64,000 bases of DNA from the human T2T-CHM13v2.0 reference genome, Homo sapiens, in NCBI RefSeq assembly GCF_009914755.1, contig NC_060926.1, one strand, 5' to 3'. A program made the translations under genes and the position numbers. The notes under the pieces are model-generated. The model saw only the letters and a list, made by a program, of their open reading frames with translations. It made no database searches and was not told where the DNA came from. Below are positions 1 through 15,743 of the stretch, piece by piece. Position 1 is the first letter of the stretch, and each line of letters opens with the position of its first letter.

Positions 1-199
1 AAAAAAAAGAATAAGCTATGGCATGGAAACATTAGATGACTTGCCTAAGGACATCAGGCATAGAGAAGAGTTTAGAAGCCAAATCACTTGCCTTTCAATA
101 TCATATTTTCCCATATTTGTTTACATTGCTTTATATCATGATTGAACCAGTAAGAGTCTTAACAAACCAAAAATAATAGGCAAGACCAATGTTAACTTA

Positions 200-1040
200 G
201 CTATTTATTGAATAAATCTTTAAGCTCTTATTTAAGCAATAAAAACAAAATGATGAAGCAATGGATGAAGCTGTTCCCATTCTCCAGGAGTTTGCTATCT
301 CATCAGGAAGATAGACCTGTACACAGATAACTTTTATACAATGCCAACAATAAACATGTTCTGAAAGAGGGAGCATTTGATCTGGTTTTCTAAGGATGAA
401 TAGGATTTTAGTAGGTGTTTATGAAGTTAGGGAAATTTTCATGAGGGAGCTTCTGAAATGAACAAAGGAACAAAATACATACAGGCATGGAGCTGTGTTC
501 TGGTTGGAGGCAGTGTGGAGAGCTTGCTGTTCTTCATCATGAAGAAAATAAAACCAGACATGGGAGACATATTGGTGGAGGTGTGGTTTTTTTCATAGCA
601 GTGATGAGGAAGGGGTTCTCTGGTTATGTGATATTTGGCCAGGGTCCTGGAGGATGTGGGGAATGAATCAGTCTTGGAAAGAGCCTTCTAGGCTGAGGGA
701 ATGGTAAGTACCAAGGCTTTGAGGCTCTGAGGAGGAATTTGTGGAGAAAGCAAGAGTTCAATGTGGATAAAGAGAACAAGAGAGAAGAGGAGCTAAAGGA
801 AAGCAGTTTGAAGAGTTAGAGACCGTCAGATCATTACTGTCAGATCATTCATGCCATGGTAAGGCATTGAACATATTATCAGTGTCATAGGAAGTGGATT
901 TTGAGCAGGTGATTTATGCTTTTAAATGATCACTCTGGCTGCTCTGAAGAAAAGATATTGGTTGAGCAAGTAGGGAGTTGAGAAGTTAGAGGTAATGCTG
1001 ACCTAGATCAGGTGGGACTAGACTAGGATGGCTGTAGTGA
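200..1040 (-). mobile_element. Degenerate LINE-2 (L2) fragments
   Basis: Antisense L2-type motifs (tatttattgaa..., tctccaggagtttgctatct, ttttaaatgatcactctggctgctctg); boundaries approximate. Confidence 0.55.
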
Positions 1041-2131
1041 TAATTTAACCCCTTTACCCCATGTCTGTCTTGAAAAGATGTTTAAATACAAATAATGGTG
1101 GGATCTGTATACTGGCTATGAATCAGCCAGTTTGGGGGAAACATTTTTAAATAGTACTTTTGACACCCACAATTCACACTATGAATATGGCTATGTACTA
1201 AGGAAAATGGAAGCTTTTAATATTTCCATGAGAGAAGACTTAATAATTTTTATAATTTACATTTCAAAATAATGTCCATCAGGAAATATTATGTTTACCC
1301 ATTATTATTCGTGCTGAAATACAATTCTATTGCTTCCTCTAGTACCATATGCTTGTTTTTCAGGTTATAATAAAATAGTCTCAAAATTATGTTAGGATTT
1401 CAGCTGTTTTACATGAGCTAGTACTTTTTGTAGCATTAATGTCAATGCCAATTAGAGAACATGACTGAAAAGTAGGCAGGTCAGAATCACCAAAGGAAAT
1501 GAAGATTGCCAATAGTATTTATGAAGCACGAAGGGCAATTTGGTTTAACCATACAATAATGGTGATTGGCTCATAGGCTTTTTCTATAATGGTATGGAAA
1601 ATAAACTTATTCCTGTGTTCTTAAATGATTTTTGCTAATGAGAGAATTGACATATATGTTACTTGGAGAAATAGCCTTTTATTTTAAAACTTTGAGAACT
1701 GGCAGAAATAAAGGCAATCAAATGCTCTGTGAACAGAAATGCAGTTGTTAATGACAATTAAAAGGGATTTGAAAAACTATGGTGCAATGTTCACCACAGT
1801 GAAAAATGAAGTATCCAGTCAGGCATAACCTATGGCACCATTCAGTAGTATGTTGCCAACGGGATATAACATATTTTAGATGCTGGATTAAATCTTGATT
1901 GAAACTCTTTTGACAACTTTAAATATTTATGAAAAAAATGCGAAAGTTTGGAAATTAAGGAAAATAGTCATAGGAATAGTTTATTATTTAGGATAATAAA
2001 ACTGTAAAGAGAGAAACATAACAAGATGTGTTTGCACTTATACTTTTATGATATTGATGAATGACTCTTAATCTATTTAACATCTGGTGAAGGCTTGGCT
2101 GTAAGGAGCTCAATAAAAGTTGGATAAATAT

Positions 2132-2512
2132 TATATTAGTCTGTTCTCTTGCTGCTAATAAAGACATACCCAAGACTGGGTAATTTACAGAGAAAAAGAG
2201 GTTTGATGCACTCACAGTTTCACATGGCTGGGGAGGTCCCATAATCATGGTGGAAGGCAAAGGAGGAGCAAAGTCACATCTTACATGGCAGCAAGAAAGA
2301 AAGCATTGCAGGGGAACTGCCCTTTTATAAAACCATCAGCTCTCATGAGACTTATTCACTATCATGAGAAAAGCACAGTAAAAAACAAAACAAAACAAAA
2401 ACAGCTCCCATGATTCAATTACCTCCCATGGGGTCCCTTCCAGGACACTTGGGGATTATAGGAGCTACAATGAAGGATGAGATATGGGTGGGGACACAGC
2501 CAAACCATATCA
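2132..2512 (-). mobile_element. THE1 (ERVL-MaLR) solo LTR
   Basis: tatattagtc...aaaccatatca ends; gctaataaagacatacccaagactggg core; 5-bp TSD aatat at 2127-2131 and 2513-2517. Confidence 0.92.
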
Positions 2513-2517
2513 AATAT

Positions 2518-3140
2518 GGTTAATAGCTCAGGCTGTGGTGTCTGACTGCTGGGGTTTCAATCATAGTCTACAACTTATTAACTGTGTAACCTTAAGGAGT
2601 GTTATAAACGAATCTTTGTGTTCCCCTGCCCCCAAATTCATGTTGAAGCCCTACCCCCCAGTGTGGCTGTACTTGAAGATGGGGTCTTTAAGGAAGTCAT
2701 TAAGGTTAAATACAGTCACAAGTGAGGGGCCCTGGTCTGATAGGATTAGTGTGTCTGTAAGAAGAGACCCAGAGAGCTTGCTTGCTCTCTCTCTTTCTCT
2801 CCACACACCACAGAGGAAAGGCCATGTGAAGACTCAGCAAGCTGGCAGCTCTCTGTAAGCAAGGCAGGGATACTTTACCAGACACAGAATTGGCCAGAAA
2901 TTTTATCTTGGACTTCTAGCCTCCAGAACTGTGAAAAAATAAATTTCTGTTGTTTATGCCATGTAGTCTGTGGCATTTTGTTATAGCAGCTCTAGTGGAC
3001 TATACAAACAAGCCACCTAATTTATCTGTGCGTTGGATTCCTTACTGTGAAATGGAGATAACAAATAAACCCACCTCCTGGTGTTGCTTTGATGATTAAA
3101 TGAGCTGAGTGTAACAAGCTCAACTAATGTTAGTTAGTCA
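2518..3140 (+). mobile_element. MIR SINE, split by the MLT1 LTR
   Basis: MIR-like ctgtgtaacctta before 2600, resuming as ...ctgtgaaatggagataac...gatgattaaatgag after 3006. Confidence 0.6.
2600..3006 (+). mobile_element. MLT1A/B-like (ERVL-MaLR) solo LTR
   Basis: tgttat...cccccaaattcatgttgaagccct start; ggacttctagcctccagaactgtga; ttttgttatagcagc...taca end. Confidence 0.88.
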
Positions 3141-4499
3141 TAATGATCCAGAATGCAGTTTACTCTTCTTTTTTTTTTAATATCTGGAATAGCGTAAGAT
3201 AATTTTCTTTGGTGTGTGAGTTTTCTTTTAATGAATTAAACATATTAGGTATATACTTATGTGTAGAAGAATGTATATAAACCTGAGATAGATTTAAATC
3301 TATTGCAAAGAATGCTAAATACAGAGGGCTATAGCATGTAAGAAAAGAAAATAAATAACAAAAAAACCTCTGATATGAATTTTGTTTTTTTTGAAGTTAT
3401 GACTCAAATGTGGCCAAATAGAGAACTGAATATTGTTTTGAAGTGTTCCAGGTTCTTGGAACTGTACTCCAACTGACAACTGCAAACTGCCTGAGACCTC
3501 TCAAACAGTGAGCCCTATAAGGACAAACAAACAAAAAGAGCACAGAGTACATGGCTCATTTAGTTACTTTAGCCCTAAATTTTGACTGAAAGTTTTAACT
3601 GTATACTATCAACCAATTTAATTTTTTTTGATGAGTTGATATTTCAACATCATGAAAACACAGATTCAGCCAATTTAGTAAACCAAAGGTCAAATCAATC
3701 ATTTGTTGTCCTAGAAGAGGAAATGAGTAATTGATTTAATTAATTTTGTAGTTTTCCATTGATGGTCCCTGTGAGTTTTAGACAAAGCCCCAATAATGCC
3801 AAGGTTTCTATTATTTCTAGTTACTACTTTAACACATTGATATATATCACCGTATAGACAAATTGCTTACTGCCTTAGGTGCTTTGATAAAGTCTTTGGA
3901 TCCCAGATTTCAAACTAGATGCACTTATATTAGGGTGAGTGGGAATGATGGGTGGGGAGGAGGGTAGAGATAAAGCCACATGTCTCCAAGCATTTGACTC
4001 ATTGATCTAAGGGAGTTTTTACTATTCTTTAAAGTAAAAAAAATCCTAGGTTGTTGCTGATGTCTTTGAGCTTTGATGGCAGTGTGAAATTCTTGTAAGA
4101 AAATAGGAAAGAGGATACTGAAAGAGTATTGATCAAAAATCAGAAACAATATGGGGAAAACAGATGCTCTGAAAAGATTTCTGTTTTCTAATCATTCCTT
4201 TCCCTCTTAATTACCAAGTCCTGTTAGTTAGAGGTAGAATAAGATGAAGATGTAAGAGAGAGGGTGAATATAGAATTTCAATGTTATCAATAAATATGTT
4301 CTCTGTGTATGTTTTTGTATGTTTTAGTATGATCCTATAAAACTGGGGCTTAGTAGCAGGCAATTCTATAATAGATCACCAATGCATTTCAACAGCATAA
4401 ATTGTATTCTCATAATGCTTATAATAGAATAATAAAATATTTTAATAAGCACTAGAAAAATCCTAAATGTAAAACCAAGTAATTAAAAACTGAAGGTTT

Positions 4500-4572
4500 T
4501 TTTTTGTTTTGTTTTAATATAATATTTTATTCAATACTAGGCTGCTTAGTGATTGTGGTAATAGTGTGATTC
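4500..4572 (-). other. L1 3' transduction (unique ~57 bp plus second poly(A) tail)
   Basis: Non-L1 sequence 4516-4572 lies between the L1 poly(A) (from 4573) and a second T-rich tail (4500-4515), inside the TSD; AATAAA on minus strand at 4526-4531. Confidence 0.85.
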
Positions 4573-4810
4573 TTTTTTTTATTTTTATTTTTATTTTTTA
4601 TTATTATTATACTTTAAGTTTTAGGGTACATGTGCACAATGTGCAGGTTAGTTACATATGTATACATGTGCCATGCTGGTGTGCTGCACCCATTAACTCT
4701 TCATTTAGCATTAGGTATATCTCATAATGCTATCCCTCCCCACTCCCCCAACCCCACAACAGTTCCCAGAGTGTGATGTTCCCCTTCCTGTGTCCATGTG
4801 TTCTCATTGT

Positions 4811-8637
<3,827 letters not shown>

Positions 8638-8700
8638 TATGGTGTTAGCTGGTTATTTTGCTCGTTAGTTGATGCAGTTTCTTCCTAGTCTCGATGGTCT

Positions 8701-9717
8701 TTACATTTTGGCATGATTTTGCAGCGGCTGGTACCAGTTGTTCCTTTCCATGTTTAGTGCTTCCTTCAGGAGCTCTTTTAGGACAGGCCTGGTGGTGACA
8801 AAATCTCTCAGCATTTGCTTGTCTGTAAAGTATTTTATTTCTCCTTCACTTATGAAGCTTAGTTTGGCAGGATATGAAATTCTGGGTTGAAAATTCTTTT
8901 CTTTAAGAATGTTGAATATTGGCCCCCACTCTTTTATGGCTTGCAGAGTTTCTGCCAAGAGATCCGCTGTTAGTCTGGTGGGCTTCCGTTTGTGGGTAAC
9001 CCGACCTTTCTCTCTGACTGCCCTTAACATTTTTTCCTTCATTTCAACTTTGGTGAATCAGACAATTATGTGTCTTGGAGTTGCTCTTCTTGAGGAGTAT
9101 CTTTGTGGTGTTCTCTGTATTTCCTGAATCTGAATGCTGGCCTGCCTTGCTAGATTGGGGAAGTTCTCCTGGATAATATCCTGCAGAGTGTTTTCCAACT
9201 TGGTTCCATTCTCCCCGTCACTTTCATGTACACCAGTCAAATGTAGATTTGGTCTTTTCACATAGTCCCATATTTCTTGGAGGCTTTGTTCATTTCTTTT
9301 TATTCTTTTTTCTCTAAACTTCCCTTCTCACTTCATTTCATTCATTTCATCTTCCATCACTGATACCCTTTCTTCCAGTTGATCGCATCGGCTCCTGAGG
9401 CTTCTGCATTCTTCACGTAGTTCTCAAGCCTTGACTTTCAGCTCCATCAGCTCCTTTAAGCACTTCTCTGTATTGCTTATTCTAGTTATACATTCGTCTA
9501 AAGTTTTTTCAAAGTTTTCAACTTCTTTGCCTTTGGTTTGAATTTCCTCCTGTAGCTTGGAGTAATTTGATCGTCTGAAGCCTTCTTCTCTCAACTCGTC
9601 AAAGTCATTCTCCGTCCAGCTTTTTTCCGTTGCTGGTCAGCAACTGCGTTCCTTTGGAGGAGGAGAGGCACTCTGCTTTTTAGAGTTTCCAGTTTCTCTG
9701 TTCTGTTTTTTCCTCAT
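8701..9717 (-). pseudogene. ORF1: Disrupted L1 ORF1 (RNA-binding chaperone)
   Basis: 1017-bp span from ATG at 9717 to TAA at 8701; in-frame stops at ~9425 and 9058; matches KRPNL...QENFPNLARQ and FQPRISYPAKLSF. Confidence 0.95.
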
Positions 9718-10741
9718 CTTTGTGGTTTTATCTACTTTTGGTCTTTGATGATGGTGATGTACAGATGGGTTTTTGGTGTGGATGTCCTTTCTGTTTGTTA
9801 GTTTTCCTTCTAACAGACAGGACCCTCAGCTGCAGGGCTGTTGGAGTTTGTTAGATGTCCACTCCAGACCCTGTTTGCTTGGGTATCAGCAGCGGTGTCT
9901 GCAGAACAGCAGATTTTCATGAACTGTGAATGCTGTTGTCTGATCATTCCTCTGGAAGTTTTGTCTCAGAGGAGTACCCGGCCGTGCGAGGCGTCAGTCT
10001 GCCCCTACTGGGGGGTGCCTCCCAGTTAGGCTGCCAGGGGGTCATGGGTCAGGGACCCACTTGAGGAGGTAGTCTGCCTGTTCTCAGATCTCCAGCTGTG
10101 TGCTGGGAGAACCACTGCTCTCTTCAAAGCTGTCAGACAGGGACATTTAAGTCTGCAGAGGTTACTGATGTCTTTTTGTTTGTCTGTGCCCTGCCCCCAG
10201 AGGTGGAGCCTACAGAGCTCCTTGATCTATGGTGGGCTCCACCCAGTTCGAGCTTCCTGGCTGCTTTGTTTACCTAAGCAAGCCTGGGCAATGGCAGGCG
10301 CCCCTCCCCCAGCCTCGCTGCCACCTTGCGGTTTGATCTCAGACTGCTGTGCTAGTAATCAGTGAGACTCCATGGGCATAGGATCCTCCGAGCCAGGTGC
10401 GGGATATAATCTCCTGGTGCAGCGTTTTTTAAGCACGTGTGAAAATCACAGCATTCGGGTGGGAGTGACCTGATTTTCCAGGTGCCGTCTGTCACCCCTT
10501 TCTTTGACTAGTAAAGGGAACTCCCTGACCCCTTGCGCTTTCTGAGTAAGGCAATGCCTCACCCTGCTTCGGCTCGTGCACGGTGTGCTGCACCCACTGT
10601 CCTGCGCCCACTGTCTGGCACTCCTTAGTGAGATGAACCCGGTACCTCAGATGGAAATGCAGAAATCACCTGTCTTCTGCATCGCTCACTCTGGGAGTTG
10701 TAGACCTGAGCTGTTCCTATTCAGCCATCTTGGCTCCTTCC
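9718..10741 (-). promoter_or_regulatory. L1 5'UTR internal sense promoter plus antisense promoter; YY1 site
   Basis: Recognisable L1PA 5'UTR; YY1 core CAAGATGGC at 10724-10732 (minus strand). Confidence 0.8.
10291..10365 (+). pseudogene. ORF0: L1 antisense ORF0, truncated at 24 aa
   Basis: MAGAPPPASLPPCGLISDCCASNQ* matches the ORF0 N-terminus; the Arg CGA codon has become TGA. Confidence 0.9.
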
Positions 10742-12132
10742 TAAAAACTGAAGGTTTAAAACAAAAATGCTTTATAGTACAATAATTTATTTGGCATCTT
10801 AATCAAATTATCTGAAAATAGTATTATAAATTCAGTTGTGTAATTAGATAATTCCTTTGCTTAAGGAAAAAAAGGGAATTCTTCCTAAAGTTCTTTCTCA
10901 TTTAAGTTATTATGAATATAAAAATATCAATTTCCTTTGTATGTACTCTGTTAAATAGTGTTAGGCAATGATAGAGGGGAAAACAGAAACTTTAAAAAAT
11001 ACATACTAAAAAGTAATGTAAAACATGCTTTGTATTGATCCAACACCCCCCCACCCCACCACAAATATCTAAGAGAGAGATCTAATTCTGGATACACTCA
11101 TTATTAAAATAAAATTTGTGGCACTTACCTGGTAGCTGAGAAACAATTTGTAACATTAAACACACTGAATTATTATATGGATTTTTAAGTTATTGATATT
11201 TTATTTATGTGTTTGATGAAAATATGTTCAATGCTTGAATTGTTTGAATACAGTTACATTTTATATTTTAATTCTTAGATCTTGTTAGTGGAAAAAATAA
11301 CGTTCTAGTAGCCTATAAAAACAATTTGTGTTTTTGGTTAAATCATCTTTGATATTTTGTCTTTTCGGTCACACAAAGAACATAGTTTATACATATATTT
11401 TCATTTAAAAATTGTGAAAGTGAATTTGTCAAACTAGAAGAAAAATCATTTTTTATTTAACAATGTGTTAGCTTGATTTATAACTTTTAAATATTTAGAC
11501 CCATGATATGTAGGCTTCAGTTTATATTCTTGCTCTGGGTCCCACAAATTTTAGAGGTGGGTCTAATGTGAATACATTCTTGATTGTATTTTTTTCCTTA
11601 GGCAAAGGAATTCTCTAATTACACAGCAAACTTCTAATACAAAGTTCAGATAATTTTATTAAGACACCAATTTTGGGGGCAGGTCTAATGTAAATACATT
11701 CTTGAATATTTGTTCACTACCTATTTTCTTAAAAATTTGTAAAATAGAGAACACATTTTGTGTGTACGTGTGTGTGTGTGTGAATTACTTAGATCTGTGT
11801 TGTCCTAGCAAAAGTACCTTTAGTGAAAGAAAATATGGTTCACTCAGTATTGTTTATTATCTTGGTAACAGACCACCACTTTAAAAAAATTTGTGTTACT
11901 AAATGTCTGAGTTATAGTGTTGCAAAATTTCAATGGGTTGAATTCTGCAAAGCAATTCCACAGGCCATGTACAGGCAGAGAGGAAATCAGAAGGACACCT
12001 GGGGAAGTGGGCAGGCGAGCTGGAGGATGTTCTCTTTGGGCTCAGGGTGTATCAGTTGCCTCTGTGCTGTATTTTGGTTGAGAACCAGTAAGAGTCTCTC
12101 CATTTGAAAATTTGGTGGTGGGCCTTCTATGA

Positions 12133-12863
<731 letters not shown>

Positions 12864-14285
12864 GATTTTTATTATGAATAACCAAAAAGCTAATGAAGTA
12901 TGGAGAGAATGATAATCGCCTAAAATTCCCTACCCAGAGAAAAACTACTGTAGTATGCTTCTGTATATATGTTTCTAGACATGTGATTATATATATTTAT
13001 ACACATACATACACAAACACTTTTGATTGTATATTTTATTCCTCTTTTCATATACTGTGAACATCTATGCATGTCAATACAAATCTAAGATTGTATCGGT
13101 ATATTCATACACCATACTATATTAACCTAAATTTATTTCACATTCTTAGATATCTAAGATGTTTTTACTTCCATGAAATCCTGAGGTAAGCATACTTTTA
13201 CGTAAATCTTTAAAATCTTGTCCATTTATTACCTTAAAACATATTATGCAAAGCAGAATTACTGATTTCAAAATAAACGGGTGAATTCCCCAATTCACTG
13301 CCAATATTCTTTTTTACCCTTTACCAAATTGCCAATCTCAATGAAAACCTATAAACCTATAAAAATTATCGTTTTAATGCTCATGACTATAAGCAATTTT
13401 AGATAAGCTTTCATATATTTATGCGTATGTGCATTTATTTGTTAATTATTTATTCATATAATTTCACTATTCTTGTTTGGTGTCTTCAACCTGTCCTTAT
13501 TTATTTATGAGTGTACCTTATATGGGAAAAATATTAAAACTTTGTCTCAATTTAACAAACTATGTATTGATCAATGCTCTGTTTTTGGCCCTATGGAGGG
13601 CACTGAAGAGACATAATAAGCAAAATAGACATGATGACTGAGCTGAGTGCCTCATTAAATGATCAAGCCAAGGGTGATAAAAGATAAAGAATGTTGTTCT
13701 TCACACCTGAAAAACTTCTTTAACCAAGACAATTACATTTTCATTGCTTTTGAATAAAAAAAAATCTGCCTTTATAATTCATATTGTTTTATTTTCCATT
13801 TTTTTCTTAATATAATACACTAACACAGTTTATTAAAAATATAAACCTAATTATTGTGGTTTAAAAATTCAAACATTATTAAGTAGTTTGCAACAAACTG
13901 CAGTAGCACACCCTGCCCTGTTCCTGACCACTCTGTACTCCCACTGTATGGAAGCAGCCACATTCATCACTGTTAGCTGTTTGAATAGTTGTTTGCCTTC
14001 ATATTTTTAAGCAATACACTTAAAATTTTTTTCACTTTTTAATATTTTAATTTTTGATTTTTGTGGGTACATAGTAGGTGTATATATTTATGAGGTACAT
14101 GAGATTTTTGATTTTCAAATTTAAGATACAAATTGATTTTTGTGCTAAGAAAGATGAGCTTTAACTCTCTTACCCTAACTCTGTTTTTTACATACATACA
14201 CACTCTCAAATGCCTTCTATATCTTCTCAAAACTGTAATTTTTGTTTAAATAATTGTTCCGAGTTTCTTATGTGTATCCATTGTC

Positions 14286-14497
14286 CAGAGTTTCTCAGTC
14301 TCATCACTACTGACATTTTGGGCTGGATAGTTCGTTGTCGTGAAGGACTGTGGTATGCATTGTAGAATGCTTATCAGCCTTCCTAGCATCTATCCACTAC
14401 ATGCTAGAAGCACATCCCACATTGTGATAACAAAAAATGTCTCTAGACATCACCAAATATCCCTTGGGGTACGAAATTACCTCCAGTTGAGAAACAC
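14286..14497 (-). mobile_element. MER20 (hAT-Charlie) DNA transposon
   Basis: cagagtttctca...tgacattttgggctggatag...aaaaatgtctctagacat...gttgagaaac. Confidence 0.88.
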
Positions 14498-14592
14498 AAC
14501 CTTAATTTTATAGATGATTACTGTTGTTATTAAGTATTGTTCACAACGGAACTACACATCATACAATTATTTTATTTTCCATACAAATTTTT

Positions 14593-14839
14593 TGGTGCGA
14601 TCTTGGCTCACCACAGCCTCCACTTCCTGGGTTCAAGCGATTCTCCTGCCTCAGCCTCCCAAATAGCTGGGATTACAGGCATGCGCCATGACACTCGGCT
14701 AATTTTTTAATTTTGTTTTGTTTTTAGCAGAGACGGTGTTTAACAATGTTGGCCAGGCCTTGAACTCTGGAACTCAGTGATCTACCCGCTCAGCCTCCCA
14801 AAGTGCTGGGATTACAGTCATGAGCCACCATGCCTGGCT
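14593..14839 (-). mobile_element. AluS-like SINE lacking ~40 bp at its 3' end
   Basis: ggtgcgatcttggctcac...gttcaagcgattctcctgcctcagcc...gagccaccatgcctggc. Confidence 0.9.
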
Positions 14840-15092
14840 CACGTTTTGTTTTTATTGGAGTTAATTGCATTGTGTGTGTGTTTGCTTAGTTTTATACATA
14901 AATTCACTGTTAGCTACAAATACCTCTTAATATGTCAGAAGCATCAGTCATTCTATGAGTTCAATTTTCCCTGGGAGGAACTTACTCCAAAGTGCTCAGG
15001 TATACAATTGTCATCTTGCAAATTTTCTCCCTGTCATTCTAAGAATTGTCTTTGACTCTCTAATCTGATAAAGCCCACTTCCTGGATTCAAG

Positions 15093-15400
15093 TGTATTGG
15101 TTATAAATTGCACTTGACTGCTCCCAAGAGACACCAAAACAGCAATGACTTAAACAAGTAATCCATTGACTTTTGGCTGATATAGAAGTAGTAGAGAGCT
15201 AGTTCTATGCAGTTACGATAGCTCCAAAAAGTCATCAGGGATTCTGGCTCCTTCCCTTTCTCTGTGACAGAATACTCAGGCATGGCCTCTCTTCTGAAAG
15301 TCATGAAATATTTGCTGGATCTTAGATGTCACATGTATATTCAAAGCAGGAAGTGGGAAAGAGGTAGAGAGAAGACAAACAGTTCTTGTCGGCTGTTGGT
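15093..15400 (-). mobile_element. Old MLT1 (J/K-like) LTR fragment
   Basis: tgtattggtt...aacagcaatgacttaaacaag...gtcatcagggattctggctccttcc pattern. Confidence 0.5.
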
Positions 15401-15436
15401 CTCTCTTTGAAGGAACTATTTGAAAGTGTCAGCTTA

Positions 15437-15743
15437 GGACGGGTACGGTGGCTCACGCCTGTAATTCCAGCACTTTGGGAGGCCAAGGAGGTTGGATCAC
15501 GACGTCAGGAGTTCAAGACCAGCCAGGCCAAGATGGTGCAATCTAGTCCCTCCTAAAAACACACCAAAAAATTAGCCAGGCATGGTGGCGGGTGCCTGTT
15601 ATCCCAGCTACTCGGGAGGCTGAGGCAGAAAATTGCTTGAACCTGGGAGGTGGAGGTGGCAGTGAGCCAAGATCGCACAATTGCACTCCAGCCTGGGTGA
15701 CAGAGTGAGACTCCCTCTCAAAAAAAAAAAAAAAAAAAAAAAA
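15437..15743 (+). mobile_element. AluS (Sg/Sc-like) SINE
   Basis: Full dimer with ~24-nt poly(A); ggatcacgacgtcagg shortened motif; degenerate TSD aaagtgtcagctta / aaagtctttgctta. Confidence 0.95.

Noticed and set aside
11123-11145. 7-nt minus-strand microexon (tttctcag|CTACCAG|gtaagt)
   Set aside because: A perfect donor 9-mer can occur by chance in 64 kb of double-stranded sequence; not frame-preserving and no supporting context.
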